From NCBI GenBank assembly GCA_043228905.1, contig JBHGNT010000047.1:124001-188000 (forward strand): a stretch of 64,000 bases of DNA, read 5' to 3'. The stretch is from Azolla caroliniana (taxonomy: Eukaryota; Plantae; Polypodiophyta). The notes under the pieces are model-generated. The model searched no databases. It saw only the letters and a program-made list of their open reading frames with translations, and had not been told where the DNA came from. The position numbers and the translations under genes were made by a program. This document shows positions 35,401-48,109 of this stretch, in pieces (within the stretch, counting starts at the first letter, position 1; each line of letters opens with the position of its first letter).

Positions 35401-38400
35401 TAGCAACCTTGATAAGGGAGTTGAGAGGAGCCCTTGAGTAAATTAAAATGTTCATACCTAGCTCGTGTGATATCGGATTTTTGTGTTCAAACATGCCAAT
35501 CGAAGCTAACAACGCTAGTTATGATATGGATTTAAAAAATCAAGATTTTGAAACTCAGGTCGAGAAACATGACGAAATTACCAAATTTGAGGTGTGAGTT
35601 GAGAAGAGCTAGTAGGTAAATTTAAATGTTCATACCTGGCAACTGTGATATCGGATTTTTATGTTCAAACATGCGAATCGAAGCTAACAACGCTAGCTAT
35701 GATATGGAATTAAAAAATCAAGATTTTGAAACTCAGATCGAGTGACATGATGAAATTAGCAACCTTGACAAGTGAGTTGAGAGGAGCCCTTGAGTAAATT
35801 AAAATGTTCATACCTGGCTCGTGTCATATCGGATTTATGTGTTCAAACATGCGAATCCAAGCTAACAACGCTACCTATGATATGGAATTAAAAAATCAAG
35901 GTTTTGAAACTCAGGTCCAGAGACATGACGAAATTACCAAATTTGAGGTGTGAGTTGAGAAGAGCTAGGAGGTAAATTAAAATGTTCATACCTGGCTCGT
36001 GTGATATCGGATTTATGTGTTCAAACATGCGAATCGAAGCTAACAACGCTACCTATGATATGGAATTAAACAATCAAGATTTTGAAACTCAGGTTGAGAG
36101 ACATGAGGAAATTACCAAATTTGAGGAGGGAGTTGAGTAAGCCGAATGAGTAGATTAAATTGTTCATACCTTGCTCGTGTGATATCGGATTTCTCTGTTC
36201 AAACATTTGAATCGAAGCTAACAACGCTAGCTATGATATGGAATTAAAAAATCAAGATTTTGAAAGTTAGGTCGAGAGACATGAAGATATTACCAAATTT
36301 GAGGAGGGAGTTGAGTAGGGCGAATGAGTAAATTAAATTGCTCATACCTCGCTCGTGTGATATCGGATTTTTGTATTCAAACGTGCGAATCGAAGCTAAC
36401 AACGCTAGCTATGATATGGAATTAAAAAATCAAGATTTTGAAACTCAGGTCGAGAGACATGAAGAAATTAGCAAATTTGAGGAGGGAGTTGAGTAGGGCG
36501 AATGAGTAAATTAAAATGTTCATACCTCGCTCGTGTCATATCAGATTTTTGTGTTCAAACATGCGAATCGAAGTTAACAATGCTACCTATGATATGGAAT
36601 TAAACAATCTAGATTTTGAAACTCACGTCGAGAGACATGAAGAAATTAGCAAATTTGAGGAGGGAGTGGAGAAGAGCCCGTTCGGAAATGAAAATGTTCA
36701 TACCTCGCTCGTGTGATATCAGATTTTTGTGTTCAAACATGGGAATCGAAGCTAACAATGCTACCTATGATATGGAATTAAACGATCTAGATTTTGGAAC
36801 TCAGGTCGAGAGAAATAAAGAAATTACCAAATTTGAGGAGGGAGTTGAGTAGGGGGAATGAGTAAATTAAATTTTTCATACCTCGCTCGTGTGATATCGG
36901 ATTTCTCTGTTCAAACATGCGAATCGAAACTAACAACGCTAGCTATGATATGGAATTAAAAAATCAAGATTTTGAAACTTAGGTCGAGATACATAAAGAA
37001 ATTACCAAATTTGAGGAGGGAGTTGAGCAGGGCGAATGAGTAAATTAAATTGTTCATACCTCGCTCGTGTGATATCGGATTTCTCAGGTCAAACATGCGA
37101 TTCGTAGCTAACAACCCTAGCTATGATATGGAATTAAAATATCAAGATTTTGAAACTCAGGTCGAGAGACATGAAGAAATTACCAAATTTGAGGAGGGAG
37201 TTGAGTTGGGCGAATGAGTAAATTACAATGTTCATACCTGGCTCGTGTGATATCAGATTTTTGTGTTCAAACATGCGAATCGAAGCTAACAATGCTACCT
37301 ATGATATGGAATTAAACAATCTAGATTTTGGAACGCAGGTCGAGAGACATGAGGAAATTACCAAATTTGAGGAGGGAGTTGAGTAGGGCGAATGAGTAAA
37401 TTAAATTGTTCATACCTCGCTCGTGTGATATCGGATTTTTGTGTTCAAACATGGGAATCGAAGCTAACAACACTAGCTATGATATGGAATTAAAAAATCC
37501 AGATTTTGAAACTTAGGTCGAGAGACATGAAGAAATTACCAAATTTGAGGAGGGAGTTGAGTAGGGCGAATGAGTAAAATAAAATGTTCATACCTCGCTC
37601 GTGTGATATCGGATTTGTGTGTTCAAACATGGGAATAGGAGATAACAACGCTAGTTATGATATGGAATTAAAAAATCAAGATTTTGAAACTCAGGTCGAG
37701 AGACATGAAGAAATTACCAAATTTGAGGAGGGAGTTGAGTAGGGCGAATGAGAAAATTCAATTGTTCATACCTCGCTCGTGTGATATCGGATTTGTGTGT
37801 TCAAACATGCGAATCGAAGCTAACAACGCTAGTTATGATATGGATTTAAAAAATCAAGATTTTGAAACCCAGATCGAGAGACATGACGAAATTAACAAAG
37901 TTGAGGAGTGAGTTGAGAATAGCTAGTAGGTAAATTTAAATGTTCATACCTGGCGACTCTGATATCGGATTTTTATGTTCAAACATGCAAATCGAAGCTA
38001 AGAACGCTAGCTATGATATGGAATTAAGAAATCAAGATTTTGAAACTCAGGTCGAGAGACATGACGAAAATAGCAAACTTGAGGAGGGAGTTGAGAAGAG
38101 CTAGTAGGTAAATTTAAATGTTCATACCTGGCGACTGTGATATCGGATTTTTGTGTTCAAACATGCCAATCGAAGCTAACAACGCTAGCTATGATATGGA
38201 ATTAAAAAATCAAGATTTTGAAACTCAGGTCGAGAAACATGACGAAATTCGCAACCTTGAGGAGGGAGTTGAGAGGAGCCCTTGAGTAAATTAAAATGTT
38301 CATACCTAGCTCGTGTGATATCGGATTTATGCGTTCAAACATGCGAATCGAAGCTAACATCGCTAGCTATGATATGGAATTAAAAAATCAAGATTTTGAA

Positions 38401-41400
38401 ACTCAGGTCAAGAGACATGACGAAAATAGCAAACTTGAGGAGGGAGTTGAGAGGAGCCTTTGAGCAAATTAAAATGTTCATAGTTGGCTCCTGTGATATC
38501 GGATTTAAATGTTCAAACATGCGAATCGAAGATAACAACGCTAGCTATGATATGGAATTAAAAAATCAAGATTTTGAAACTCAGGTCGAGAGACATGACG
38601 AAATTACAAAATTTGAGGGGTGAGTTGAGAAGAGCTAGTAGTTAAATTAAAAGGTTCATACCTGGCTCGTGTCATATCGGATTTATGTGTTCAAACATGC
38701 GGATCGAAGCTAACAACAGTAGCTATGATATGGAATTAAAAATTCAAGATTTTCAAACTCAGGTCGAGAGACATGACGAAATTAGCAACCTTGACAGGGG
38801 AGTTGAGAGGAGCCCTTGAGCAAATTAAAATGTTCATACCTGGCTCCTGTGATATCGGATTTATGTGTTCAAACATGCGAATCGAAGCTAACAACGCTAG
38901 GTATGATATGGATTTAAAAAATCAAGATTTTGAAGCTCAGGTCGAGAGACATGACGAAATTTGCAACCTTGACAAGGGAGTTGAGAGGAGCCCTTGAGTA
39001 AATTAAAATGTTCATACCTGGCTCGTGTAATATCGGGTTTTTGTGTTCAAACATGCGAATCAAAGCTAACAGCGCTAGCTATGAAATGGAATTAAAAAAT
39101 CAAGATTTTGAAACTCAGGTCGAGAGACATGACAAAATTACCAAAGTTGAGGAGTGAGTTGAGAAGAGCTAGTAGGTAAATTAAAATTTTCATACCTGGC
39201 TCGTGTGTTATCGGATTTTTGTGTTCAAACATGCGAATCGAAGCTAACATCGCTAGCTATGATATGGAATTAAAAAATCAAGATTTTGAAACTCAGGTCG
39301 AGAGACGTGACGAAATTAGCAACCTTGACAAGGGAGTTGAGAGGAGCCCTTGAGTAAATTAAAATGTTCATACCTGGCTCGTGTGATATCGGATTTTTGT
39401 GTTCAAACATACAAATCGAAATTAAGAACGCTAGTTATGATATGGAATTATAAAATCAAGATTTTGAAACCCAGATAGAGAGACATGACGAAATTACCAA
39501 ATTTGAGGAGTGAGTTGAGAAGAGCTAGTAGGTAAATATAAATGTTCATACCTAGCAACTGTGATATCGGATTTTTATGTTCAAACATGCAAATCGAAGC
39601 TAAGAACGCTAGCTATGATATGGAATTAAAAAATCAAGTACGCTAGCTAAGAACGCTAGCTATGATATGGAATCGAAGCTAACAACGCTAGGTATGATAT
39701 GGATTTAAAAAATCAAGATTTTGAAACTCAGGTCGAGAGACATGTCGAAATTTGCAACCTTGACAAGGGAGTTGAGAAGAGCTAGTAGGTAAATTTAAAT
39801 GTTCATACCTGGCCACTGTGATATCGGATTTTTGTGTTCAAACATGCGAATGGAAGCTAACAACGCTAGCTATGATATGGAATTAAAAAATCAAGATTTT
39901 GAAACTCAGGTCGAGAGACATGACGAAATTTCCACATTTGAGGAGTGAATTAAGAAGAGCTAGTAGGTAAGTTTAAATATTCATACCTGGCTCGTGTGAT
40001 ATCGGATTCTTATGTTCAAACATGCGAATCGAAGCTAACAACGCTAGCTATGATATGGAATTAAAAAATCAAGATTTTGAAACTCAGGTCGAGAGACATC
40101 AAAAAATTACCAAATTTGAGGAGTGAGTTGAGAAGAGCTAGTAGGTAAATTAAAATGTTCAAACCTGGCTCGTGTCATATGGGATTTATGTGTTCAAACA
40201 TACGAATCGAAGCTAACAACGCTAGCTATGATATGGAATTAAAAAATCAAGATTTTGAAACTCAGGTCGATAAACACGACGAAATTGGCAATCTTGACAA
40301 GGGAGTTGAGAGCAGCCCTTGAGCAAATTAAAATGTTCATACCTGGCTCGTGTGATATTGCATTTTTGTGTTCAAACATGCCAATCGAAGCTAACAACGC
40401 TAGCTATGATATGGAATTAAAAAATCAAGATTTTGAAACTCAGGTCGAGAAACATGACGAAATTCGCAACCTTGAGGAGGGAGTTGAGAGGAGCCCTTGA
40501 GTAAATTAAAATGTTCATACCTAGCTCGTGTGATATCGGATTTATGCGTTCAAACATGCGAATCGAAGATAACAACGCTAGCTATGATATGGAATTAAAA
40601 AATCAAGATTTTGAAACTCAGGTCGAGAGACATGACGAAATTACAAAATTTGAGGGGTGAGTTGAGAAGAGCTAGTAGTTAAATTAAAAGGTTCATACCT
40701 GGCTCGTGTCATATCGGATTTATGTGTTCAAACATGCGAATCCAAGCTAACAACGCTACCTATGATATGGAATTAAAAAATCAAGGTTTTGAAACTCAGG
40801 TCCAGAGACATGACGAAAATAGCAAACTTGAGGAGGGAGTAGAGAGGAGCCCTTGAGTAAATTAAAATGTTCATACCTGGCTCGTGTGATATCGGATTTA
40901 TGTGTTCAAACATGCGAATCGAAGCTAACAACGCTACCTATGATATGGAATTAAACAATCAAGATTTTGAAACTCAGGTTGAGAGACATGAGGAAATTAC
41001 CAAATTTAAGGAGGGAGTTGAGTAAGCCGAATGAGTAGATTAAATTGTTCATACCTTGCTCGTGTGATATCGGATTTCTCTGTTCAAACATGTGAATCGA
41101 AGCTAACAACGCTAGCTATGATATGGAATTAAAAAATCAAGATTTTGAAAGTTAGGTCGAGAGACATGAAGATATTACCAAATTTGAGGAGGGAGTTGAG
41201 TAGGGCGAATGAGTAAATTAAATTGCTCATACCTCGCTCGTGTGATATCGGATTTTTGTATTCAAACGTGCGAATCGAAGCTAACAACGCTAGCTATGAT
41301 ATGGAATTAAAAAATCAAGATTTTGAAACTCAGGTCGAGAGACATGAAGAAATTAGCAAATTTGAGGAGGGAGTTGAGTAGGGCGAATGAGTAAATTAAA

Positions 41401-42720
41401 ATGTTCATACCTCGCTCGTGTCATATCAGATTTTTGTGTTCAAACATGCGAATCGAAGCTAACAATGCTACCTATGATATGGAATTAAACAATCTAGATT
41501 TTGAAACTCACGTCGAGAGACATGAAGAAATTAGCAAATTTGAGGAGGGAGTGGAGAAGAGCCCGTTCGGAAATGAAAATGTTCATACCTCGCTCGTGTG
41601 ATATCAGATTTTTGTGTTCAAACATGGGAATCGAAGCTAACAATGCTACCTATGATATGGAATTAAACGATCTAGATTTTGGAACTCAGGTCGAGAGAAA
41701 TAAAGAAATTACCTAATTTGAGGAGGGAGTTGAGTAGGGGGAATGAGTAAATTAAATTTTTCATACCTCGCTCGTGTGATATCGGATTTCTCTGTTCAAA
41801 CATGCGAATCGAAACTAACAACGCTAGCTATGATATGGAATTAAAAAATCAAGATTTTGAAACTTAGGTCGAGATACATAAAGAAATTACCAAATTTGAG
41901 GAGGGAGTTGAGCAGGGCGAATGAGTAAATTAAATTGTTCATACCTCGCTCGTGCGATATCGGATTTCTCAGGTCAAACATGCGATTCGTAGCTAACAAC
42001 CCTAGCTATGATATGGAATTAAAATATCAAGATTTTGAAACTCAGGTCGAGAGACATGAAGAAATTACCAAATTTGAGGAGGGAGTTGAGTAGGGCGAAT
42101 GAGTAAATTACAATGTTCATACCTGGCTCGTGTGATATCAGATTTTTGTGTTCAAACATGCGAATCGAAGCTAACAATGCTACCTATGATATGGAATTAA
42201 ACAATCTAGATTTTGGAACGCAGGTCGAGAGACATGAGGAAATTACCAAATTTGAGGAGGGAGTTGAGTAGGGCGAATGAGTAAATTAAATTGTTCATAC
42301 CTCGCTCGTGTGATATCGGATTTTTGTGTTCAAACATGGGAATCGAAGCTAACAACACTAGCTATGATATGGAATTAAAAAATCCAGATTTTGAAACTTA
42401 GGTCGAGAGACATGAAGAAATTACCAAATTTGAGGAGGGAGTTGAGTAGGGCGAATGAGTAAAATAAAATGTTCATACCTCGCTCGTGTGATATCGGATT
42501 TGTGTGTTCAAACATGGGAATAGGAGATAACAACGCTAGTTATGATATGGAATTAAAAAATCAAGATTTTGAAACTCAGGTCGAGAGACATGAAGAAATT
42601 ACCAAATTTGAGGAGGGAGTTGAGTAGGGCGAATGAGAAAATTCAATTGTTCATACCTCGCTCGTGTGATATCGGATTTGTGTGTTTAAACATGCGAATC
42701 GAAGCTAACATTGCTAGTTA
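26480..42720 (+). repeat. Mosaic of alternating variant A and variant C satellite blocks produced by multi-kb duplications
   Basis: Approximate blocks: C 26480-27400, A 27400-29100, C 29100-34370, A 34370-35180, C 35180-36100, A 36100-37830, C 37830-40960, A 40960-42720. Confidence 0.75.
29430..33890 (+). repeat. 2216-bp tandem duplication (12 monomers + 80 bp)
   Basis: Landmarks 30070/32286, 30936/33152, 31552/33768; both copies share an extra G (TCGGGATTTAAATG). Confidence 0.88.
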
Positions 42721-45700
42721 TGATATGGATTTAAAAAATCAAGATTTTGAAACCCAGATCGAGAGACATGACGAAATTAACAAAGTTGAGGAGTGAGTTG
42801 AGAATAGCTAGTAGGTAAATTTAAATGTTCATACCTGGCGACTCTGATATCGGATTTTTATGTTCAAACATGCAAATCGAAGCTAAGAACGCTAGCTATG
42901 ATATGGAATTAAGAAATCAAGATTTTGAAACTCAGGTCGAGAGACATGACGAAAATAGCAAACTTGAGGAGGGAGTTGAGAAGAGCTAGTAGGTAAATTT
43001 AAATGTTCATACCTGGCTCGTGTGATATTGCATTTTTGTGTTCAAACATGCCAATCGAAGCTAACAACGCTAGCTATGATATGGAATTAAAAAATCAAGA
43101 TTTTGAAACTCAGGTCGAGAAACATGACGAAATTCGCAACCTTGAGGAGGGAGTTGAGAGGAGCCCTTGAGTAAATTAAAATGTTCATACCTAGCTCGTG
43201 TGATATCGGATTTATGCGTTCAAACATGCGAATCGAAGCTAACATCGCTAGCTATGATATGGAATTAAAAAATCAAGATTTTGAAACTCAGGTCAAGAGA
43301 CATGACGAAAATAGCAAACTTGAGGAGGGAGTTGAGAGGAGCCTTTGAGCAAATTAAAATGTTCATAGTTGGCTCCTGTGATATCGGATTTAAATGTTCA
43401 AACATGCGAATCGAAGATAACAACGCTAGCTATGATATGGAATTAAAAAATCAAGATTTTGAAACTCAGGTCGAGAGACATGACGAAATTACAAAATTTG
43501 AGGGGTGAGTTGAGAAGAGCTAGTAGTTAAATTAAAAGGTTCATACCTGGCTCGTGTCATATCGGATTTATGTGTTCAAACATGCGAATCGAAGATAACA
43601 ACGCTAGCTATGATATGGAATTAAAAATTCAAGATTTTCAAACTCAGGTCGAGAGACATGACGAAATTAGCAACCTTGACAGGGGAGTTGAGAGGAGCCC
43701 TTGAGCAAATTAAAATGTTCATACCTGGCTCCTGTGATATCGGATTTATGTGTTCAAACATGCGAATCGAAGCTAACAACGCTAGGTATGATATGGATTT
43801 AAAAAATCAAGATTTTGAAGCTCAGGTCGAGAGACATGACGAAATTTGCAACCTTGACAAGGGAGTTGAGAGGAGCCCTTGAGTAAATTAAAATGTTCAT
43901 ACCTGGCTCGTGTAATATCGGGTTTTTGTGTTCAAACATGCGAATCAAAGCTAACAGCGCTAGCTATGAAATGGAATTAAAAAATCAAGATTTTGAAACT
44001 CAGGTCGAGAGACATGACAAAATTACCAAAGTTGAGGAGTGAGTTGAGAAGAGCTAGTAGGTAAATTAAAATTTTCATACCTGGCTCGTGTGTTATCGGA
44101 TTTTTGTGTTCAAACATGCGAATCGAAGCTAACATCGCTAGCTATGATATGGAATTAAAAAATCAAGATTTTGAAACTCAGGTCGAGAGACGTGACGAAA
44201 TTAGCAACCTTGACAAGGGAGTTGAGAGGAGCCCTTGAGTAAATTAAAATGTTCATACCTGGCTCGTGTGATATCGGATTTTTGTGTTCAAACATACAAA
44301 TCGAAATTAACAACGCTAGTTATGATATGGAATTATAAAATCAAGATTTTGAAACCCAGATAGAGAGACATGACGAAATTACCAAATTTGAGGAGTGAGT
44401 TGAGAAGAGCTAGTAGGTAAATATAAATGTTCATACCTAGCAACTGTGATATCGGATTTTTATGTTCAAACATGCAAATCGAAGCTAAGAACGCTAGCTA
44501 TGATATGGAATTAAAAAATCAAGTACGCTAGCTAAGAACGCTAGCTATGATATGGAATCGAAGCTAACAACGCTAGGTATGATATGGATTTAAAAAATCA
44601 AGATTTTGAAACTCAGGTCGAGAGACATGTCGAAATTTGCAACCTTGACAAGGGAGTTGAGAAGAGCTAGTAGGTAAATTTAAATGTTCATACCTGGCCA
44701 CTGTGATATCAGATTTTTGTGTTCAAACATGCGAATGGAAGCTAACAACGCTAGCTATGATATGGAATTAAAAAATCAAGATTTTGAAACTCAGGTCGAG
44801 AGACATGACGAAATTTCCACATTTGAGGAGTGAATTAAGAAGAGCTAGTAGGTAAGTTTAAATATTCATACCTGGCTCGTGTGATATCGGATTCTTATGT
44901 TCAAACATGCGAATCGAAGCTAACAACGCTAGCTATGATATGGAATTAAAAAATCAAGATTTTGAAACTCAGGTCGAGAGACATCAAAAAATTACCAAAT
45001 TTGAGGAGTGAGTTGAGAAGAGCTAGTAGGTAAATTAAAATGTTCAAACCTGGCTCGTGTCATATGGGATTTGTGTGTTCAAACATACGAATCGAAGCTA
45101 ACAACGCTAGCTATGATATGGAATTAAAAAATCAAGATTTTGAAACTCAGGTCGATAAACACGACGAAATTGGCAATCTTGACAAGGGAGTTGAGAGCAG
45201 CCCTTGAGCAAATTAAAATGTTCATACCTGGCTCGTGTGATATTGCATTTTTGTGTTCAAACATGCGAATTGAAGCTAACAACGCTAGCTATGATATGGA
45301 AGTAAAAAATCAAGATTTTGAAACTCAGGTCGAGAGACATGACGAAATTACCAAAGTTGAGGAGTGAGTTGAGAGGAGCCCTTGAGTAAATTAAAATGTT
45401 CATACCTAGCTCGTGTGATATCAGATTTATGTGTTCAAACATGCAAATCGAAGCTAACAACGCTAGCTATGATATGGAATTAAATAATCAAAAATTTGAA
45501 ACTCAGGTCGAGAAACATGACGAAATTACCAAATATTAGGTGTGAGTTGAGAAGAGCAAGTAGGTAAATTAAAATGTTCATACCTGGCTCCTGTGATATC
45601 GGATTTATGTGTTCAAACATGCTAATCCAAGCTAACAACGCTAGGTATGATATGGAATTAAAAAATAGAGATTTTGAAACTCAGGTCGGGTGACATGACG

Positions 45701-48109
45701 AAATTACCAACATTGAGGAGTGAGTTGAGAGGAGCCCTTGAGTAAATTAAAATGTTCATACTTGGCTCGTGTGATATCGGATTTATGTGTTCAAACAGGC
45801 GAATCGAAGCTAACATCGCTAGCTATAATATGGAATTAAAAAATCAAGATTTTGAAACTCAGGTCGAGAGACATGACAAATTGGCAACCTTGACAAGGGA
45901 GTTGAGAGCAGCCCTTGAGTAAATTAAAATGTTCATACCTGGCTCGTGTAATATCGGATTTTTGTGTTGAAACATGCAAATCGAAGCTAAGAACGTTAGC
46001 TATGATATGGAATTAAAAAATCAAGATTTTGAAACTCAGGTCGAGAGACATGAAAAAATTACCAAATTTGAGGAGGGAGTTGAGAGCAGCCCTTGAGCAA
46101 ATTAAAATGTTCAGACCTGGCTCGTGTGATATCGGATTTTTGTGTTCAAACATGCGAATTGAAGCTAACAACGCTAACTATGATATGGAATTAAAAAATC
46201 AAGATTTTGAAACTCAGGTCAAGAGACATGACGAAAATAGCAGCCATTAAGTAAATTAAAATGTTCATACCTGGCTCTTGTGATATCGGATTTATGTGTT
46301 CAAACATGCCAAACGAAGCTAACAACGCTAGTTATGATATGGAATTAAAAAATCAAGATTTTGAAACTCAGGTCGAGAGACATGACGAAATTACCAAATT
46401 TGAGGAGTGAGTTGAGAAGAGCTAGTAGGTAAATTAAAATGTTCATACCTGGCTCGTGTGATATCGGATTTATGTGTTCAAACATGCAAATCGAAGCTAA
46501 CAACGCTAGCTATGATATGGAATAAAAAAATCAAGATTTTGAAACTCAGGTCGAGAGACATGACGAAATTACCAAATTTGAGGGCTGAGTTGAGAAGAGC
46601 TAGTAGGTAAATTAAAAGGTTCATACCTGGCTCGTGTCATATCGGATTTCTGTGTTCAAACATGCAAATCGAAGCTAACAACGCTAGTTATGATATGGAA
46701 TTAAAAAACAAGATTTTGAAACCCAGATCGAGAGACATGACGAAATTACCAAAGTTGAGGAGTGAGTTGAGAAGAGCTAGTAGGTAAATTTAAATGTTCA
46801 TACCTGGCGACTGTGATATCGGATTTTTATGTTCAAACATGCAAATCGAAGCTAAGAACGCTAGCTATGATATGGAATTAAAAAATCAAGATTTTGAAAC
46901 TCAGGTCGAGAGACATGACGAAAATAGCAAACTTGAGGAGGGAGTTAAGAAGAGCAAGTAGATAAATTAAAATGTTCATACCTGGCTCCTGTGATATCGG
47001 ATTTATGTGTTCAAACATGCGAATCCAAGCTAACAACGCTAGGTATGATATGGAATTAAAAAATAGAGATTTTGAAACTCAGGTCGGGAGACATGACGAA
47101 ATTACCAAATTTGAGGAGTGAGTTGAGAGGAGCCCTTGAGTAAATTAAAATGTTCATACCTAGCTCGTGTGATATCGGATTTTTGTGTTCAAACATGCAA
47201 ATCTAAGCTAACAACGCTAGTTATGATATGGAATTAAAAAATCAAGATTTTGAAACCCAGATCGAGAGACATGACGAAATTACCAAAGTTGAGGAGTGAG
47301 TTGAGAAGAGCTAGTAGGTAAATTTAAATGTTCATACCTGGCGACTGTGATATCGGATTTTTATGTTCAAACATGCAAATCGAAGCTAAGAACGCTAGCT
47401 ATGATATAGAATTAAAAAATCAAGATTTTGAAACTCAGGTCGAGAGACATGACGAAAATAGCAAACTTGAGGAGGGAGTTGAGAAGAGCTAGTAGGTAAA
47501 TTAAAATGTTCATACCTGGCTCGTGTGATATCGGATTTTTGTGTTCAAACATGCCAATCGAAGCTAACAACGCTAGTTATGATATGGATTTAAAAAATCA
47601 AGATTTTGAAACTCAGGTCGAGAGACATGAAGAAATTACCAGATTTGAGGAGTGAGTTGAGAGGAGCCCTTGAGTAAATTAAAATGTTCAAACCTGGCTC
47701 GTGTAATATCGGATTTATGTGTTCAAACATGCGAATCGAAGCTACCAACACTAGCTACGATATGCAATTAAAAAATCAAGATTTTGAAACTCAGGTCGAC
47801 AGATCTGCTGAAAATAGCAAACTTGAGGAGGGAGTTGAGAAGAGCTAGTAGGTAAATTAAAATGTTCATACCTGGATCGTGTAATATCGGATTTATGTGT
47901 TCAAACATGCCAAACGAAGCTAATAACGCTAGCTATGATATGGAATTAAAAAATCAAGATTTTGAAACTCAGGTCGAGAGACATGACGAAATTACCACAT
48001 TTGAGAAATGAGTTGAGAAGAGCTAGTAGGTAAATTTAAATATTCATACCTGGCTCGTGTGATATCGAATTTTTATGTTCAAACATGCAAATCGAAGCTA
48101 ACAACGCTA

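Larger units (their letters stand above)
25670..45270 (+). repeat. Multi-kb segmental triplication within the satellite (offsets 8704/8703, 4885, 13589)
   Basis: Landmarks 25954/34658; 27812/36516/41401; 28980/37684/42569; 30070/38773/43658; 31552/40255/45140. Confidence 0.88.
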
